A stretch of DNA of 64,000 nucleotides, from assembly GCA_028826165.1 (NCBI GenBank), contig JAPDFW010000103.1, positions 969,943-1,033,942 on the forward strand, in the 5' to 3' direction. The position numbers and the translations under genes are program-made. Below, one piece after another: positions 61,340-64,000 of the stretch. Below the pieces are notes generated by a model. That model had not been told where the DNA came from. It searched no databases and was given only the letters and a program-made list of their open reading frames with translations. Source of the stretch: Anaeramoeba ignava BMAN (taxonomy: Eukaryota > Protista > Anaeramoebae). Within the stretch, counting starts at the first letter, position 1. Every line of letters begins with the position of its first letter.

Positions 61340-64000
61340 CTAAAACAAGAGAATAGATATACTAATGCAACTGAAAAACCAACAAAAAGAATAAATAATA
61401 GATTCAGATAAAAGAATGTCGCGAAAGTGAGTACAAGAACTCTAAAAATATTTAAAAAGAAAAATTTGAGAAAATAAAAGAAAAATAAGAAGAAAATTAA
61501 TTTTTAATTACATCAGATGAACCCCAAGATGTATATTTAACCCATCCATAAATTAACCATGCAAAAAGAAAAATGTAAATGAGAATATTGAGGAATACTC
61601 CCAACGGAAGGGGTTCTTCGAGATCGGAAAATAAAAACAAAGGAAATAAAAAACAAAAGAGAATCCAAAAAATATTAAAAACAATAACCCAAGTGAAAAA
61701 ATTCGTGAAATCAGAACAATTTTTATCTTGAATTGAAACTGTAATACAAGTAATAGCCATTCCAAATCCAAAAATAATAGTTGATGCTATTTTTATTGTT
61801 ATTATCCTCTGCTCTTCAGAATCATCTGGGAAAAAAGCGAAATTAAAAATACCCAGATGAAAAGAATAATAATAAAAATAAAAGATTCAATAAAATAATC
61901 TTTAAAATAGTCGAATGCATCTGATAATAAAAATAAAAATATATTAAATAATAAATTAAATCAATAAAAATAAAAATAAATTACAGAATTTGAATTATCA
62001 AAATTATCAACAAAAATAACAAATCCATATATTGACCAACTTAAAAGGAAAATAATTGGAATTAATGTAAAAGTTATCATTACTCGGTTTTTTGATTCAT
62101 CAAGATTTTTGAAAAAATTCTCAAAATCATGTAAAATTAATGATAAAGATGTAATAAAAGTGATAATAATCCAAAAAATATTGAAAATAAGAATCCAAAT
62201 AAAATCAATTTTCCAATCAGAATAATTTCTATTTTTTGTTCCAATAATTAAACAAGGAATAGCCATTACAAATCCAATAATAATAGTTATTATAATTCCA
62301 ATTAATAAAATTTTCATTTTATCTTTAAAATCTCTTTTTCTTTGAAAAATAATTCATAAATTAACCAAATGATAAATAAAGAAGAAATAATAATAAAAAT
62401 AAAAGATTCACTAAAAATAATAGAAGAAATAGTTGAATGCATCTGATAATAAAAATAAATAATAAATTAAATAAATAAGAAATTAATTAAATTATTAAAT
62501 AAAAATAAATTACAGAATTTGAATTTTGAAAATTATCAATAGAAATAATTAATCCATATATTGACCAACTTAAAAGGAAAATAATTGGAATTAATGTAAA
62601 AAGTTATCATTATTTGATTTTTGATTCATCAAGATTTTTGAAAAATTCTCAATATTATGGAAAATTAATGATAAAAGATGTAATAAAAGTGATAATAATC
62701 CAAAAATATTGAAAATAAAGAATCCAAATAAAATCATTTTTCCAATCAGAATAATTTCTATTTTTGTTCCAATAATTAAACAAGGAATAGCCATTCCAAA
62801 CCCAATAATAATAGTTGTTATAATTGTAATTAATAAAATTTTCATTTTATCTTCAAAACCTTCTTCTTCCAAAAATAATTCATAAATTAACCAAATGATA
62901 AATAAAGAAGAAGAAATAATTATAAAAATAAAAGATTCAATAAAAATAATAGAAGAAATAGTTGAACGCATCTGATAATAAAAATAAAAAGAAATAATAA
63001 ATTAAAAATAAAATAAAAATAAATAAATTAAACAAAATAAAAATAAATAAATTACAGAATTTGAATTTTGAAAAATTATCAACAGAAATAACAAATCCAT
63101 ATATTGACCAACTTAAAGGAAAAATAATTGGAATTAATGTAAGTTATCATTATTTGATTTTTGATTCATCAAGATTTTTGAAAAAATTCTTAAAATCATT
63201 CAAAATTAATGATAAAGATGTAATAAAAATGATAATAATCCAAAAAATATTGAAAATAAGAATCCAAATAAAATCAGTTTTCCAATCAGAATAATTTCTA
63301 TTTTTTGTTCCAATAATTAAACAAGGAATAGCCATTACAAATCAATAATAATAGTTATTATAATTCCAATTAATAAAATTTTCATTTTTATATTTTAAAT
63401 CTTCTTCTTCTTTGAAAAATGATTCATAAATTAACCAAATGATAAATAAAGAAGAAAATAATAATAAAAATAAAAAGATTCAATAAAAATAATAGAAGAA
63501 ATAGTTGAACTTGTCTAATATAAAAAGAAATAATAAATTAAAAATAAATTAAATCAATAAAATAAATAAATTACAGAATTTGAATTATCAAAATTATCAA
63601 TAGAAATAATTAATCCATATATTGACCAACTTAAAAGGAAAATAATTGGAATTAATGTAAAAAGTTATCATTATTTTTGGTTTTTGGTATATAAAGATTT
63701 TGAAAAATTCTCAATATTATGAAAAATTAAAGATAAAAGATGTAATAAAAATGGTAATAATCCAAAAATATTGAAAATAAGAATCCAAATAAAATCATTT
63801 TTCCAATTAGAATAATTTCTATTTTTGTTCCAATAATTAAACAAGGAATAGCCATTACAAATCCAATAATAATAGTTGTTATAATTCCATTAATAAAAAT
63901 TTTCATTTTTATCTTTTAAATCTCCTTCTTTGAAAAATGATTCATAAATTAACCAAATGATAAATAAAGAAATAATAATAAAAATAAAGATTCAATAAAA
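61340..64000 (-). CDS. Polytopic membrane protein built from tandemly duplicated ~458-nt exons, runs off the window
   Basis: Exons 63514-63056, 62971-62514 and 62442-61985, a partial exon from beyond 64000 to 63575, and a divergent unit 61920-61511. Each encodes about 4 hydrophobic helices (MAIPCLIIGTKNRNYSDWK). Homopolymer frameshifts are present. Confidence 0.65.

Overview
This is extremely AT-rich eukaryotic DNA with GT-AG spliceosomal introns and compact intergenic regions. The NQ/NE-repeat proteins and expanded BTB/RCC1/TLDc families suggest an anaerobic protist such as Anaeramoeba, but that is inference only. About 20 genes or gene fragments can be read: two RCC1-BTB paralogues, an AGC kinase, an F-box/TMEM185-like protein, a TM2-domain protein, Sec31, an SH3-RING protein, a RhoGEF, RPL5, RPB10, a Ubl-RING protein, a CUE-Myb-U-box protein, a Ras-family GTPase, a TruA/PUS1 enzyme, RPB6, a BTB-like/ARM-repeat protein and a tandem-exon membrane protein. 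The main finding concerns two inverted copies of a BTB-coiled-coil-TLDc gene (11864-18178 on -, 38122-41439 on +). In each, the TLDc domain is split right after its GP[T/I]FG motif by a tandem array of ~178-bp units. Each unit is a near-identical GT...AG intron followed by a hypervariable 3-nt micro-exon (AG|NNN|GT). There are 8 micro-exons in the + copy and 24 units in the - copy. Any subset of 3-nt exons keeps the reading frame, so the arrays could build a hypervariable loop in a predicted Cullin-3 adaptor one codon at a time. Several frameshifts in homopolymer runs suggest imperfect consensus quality.
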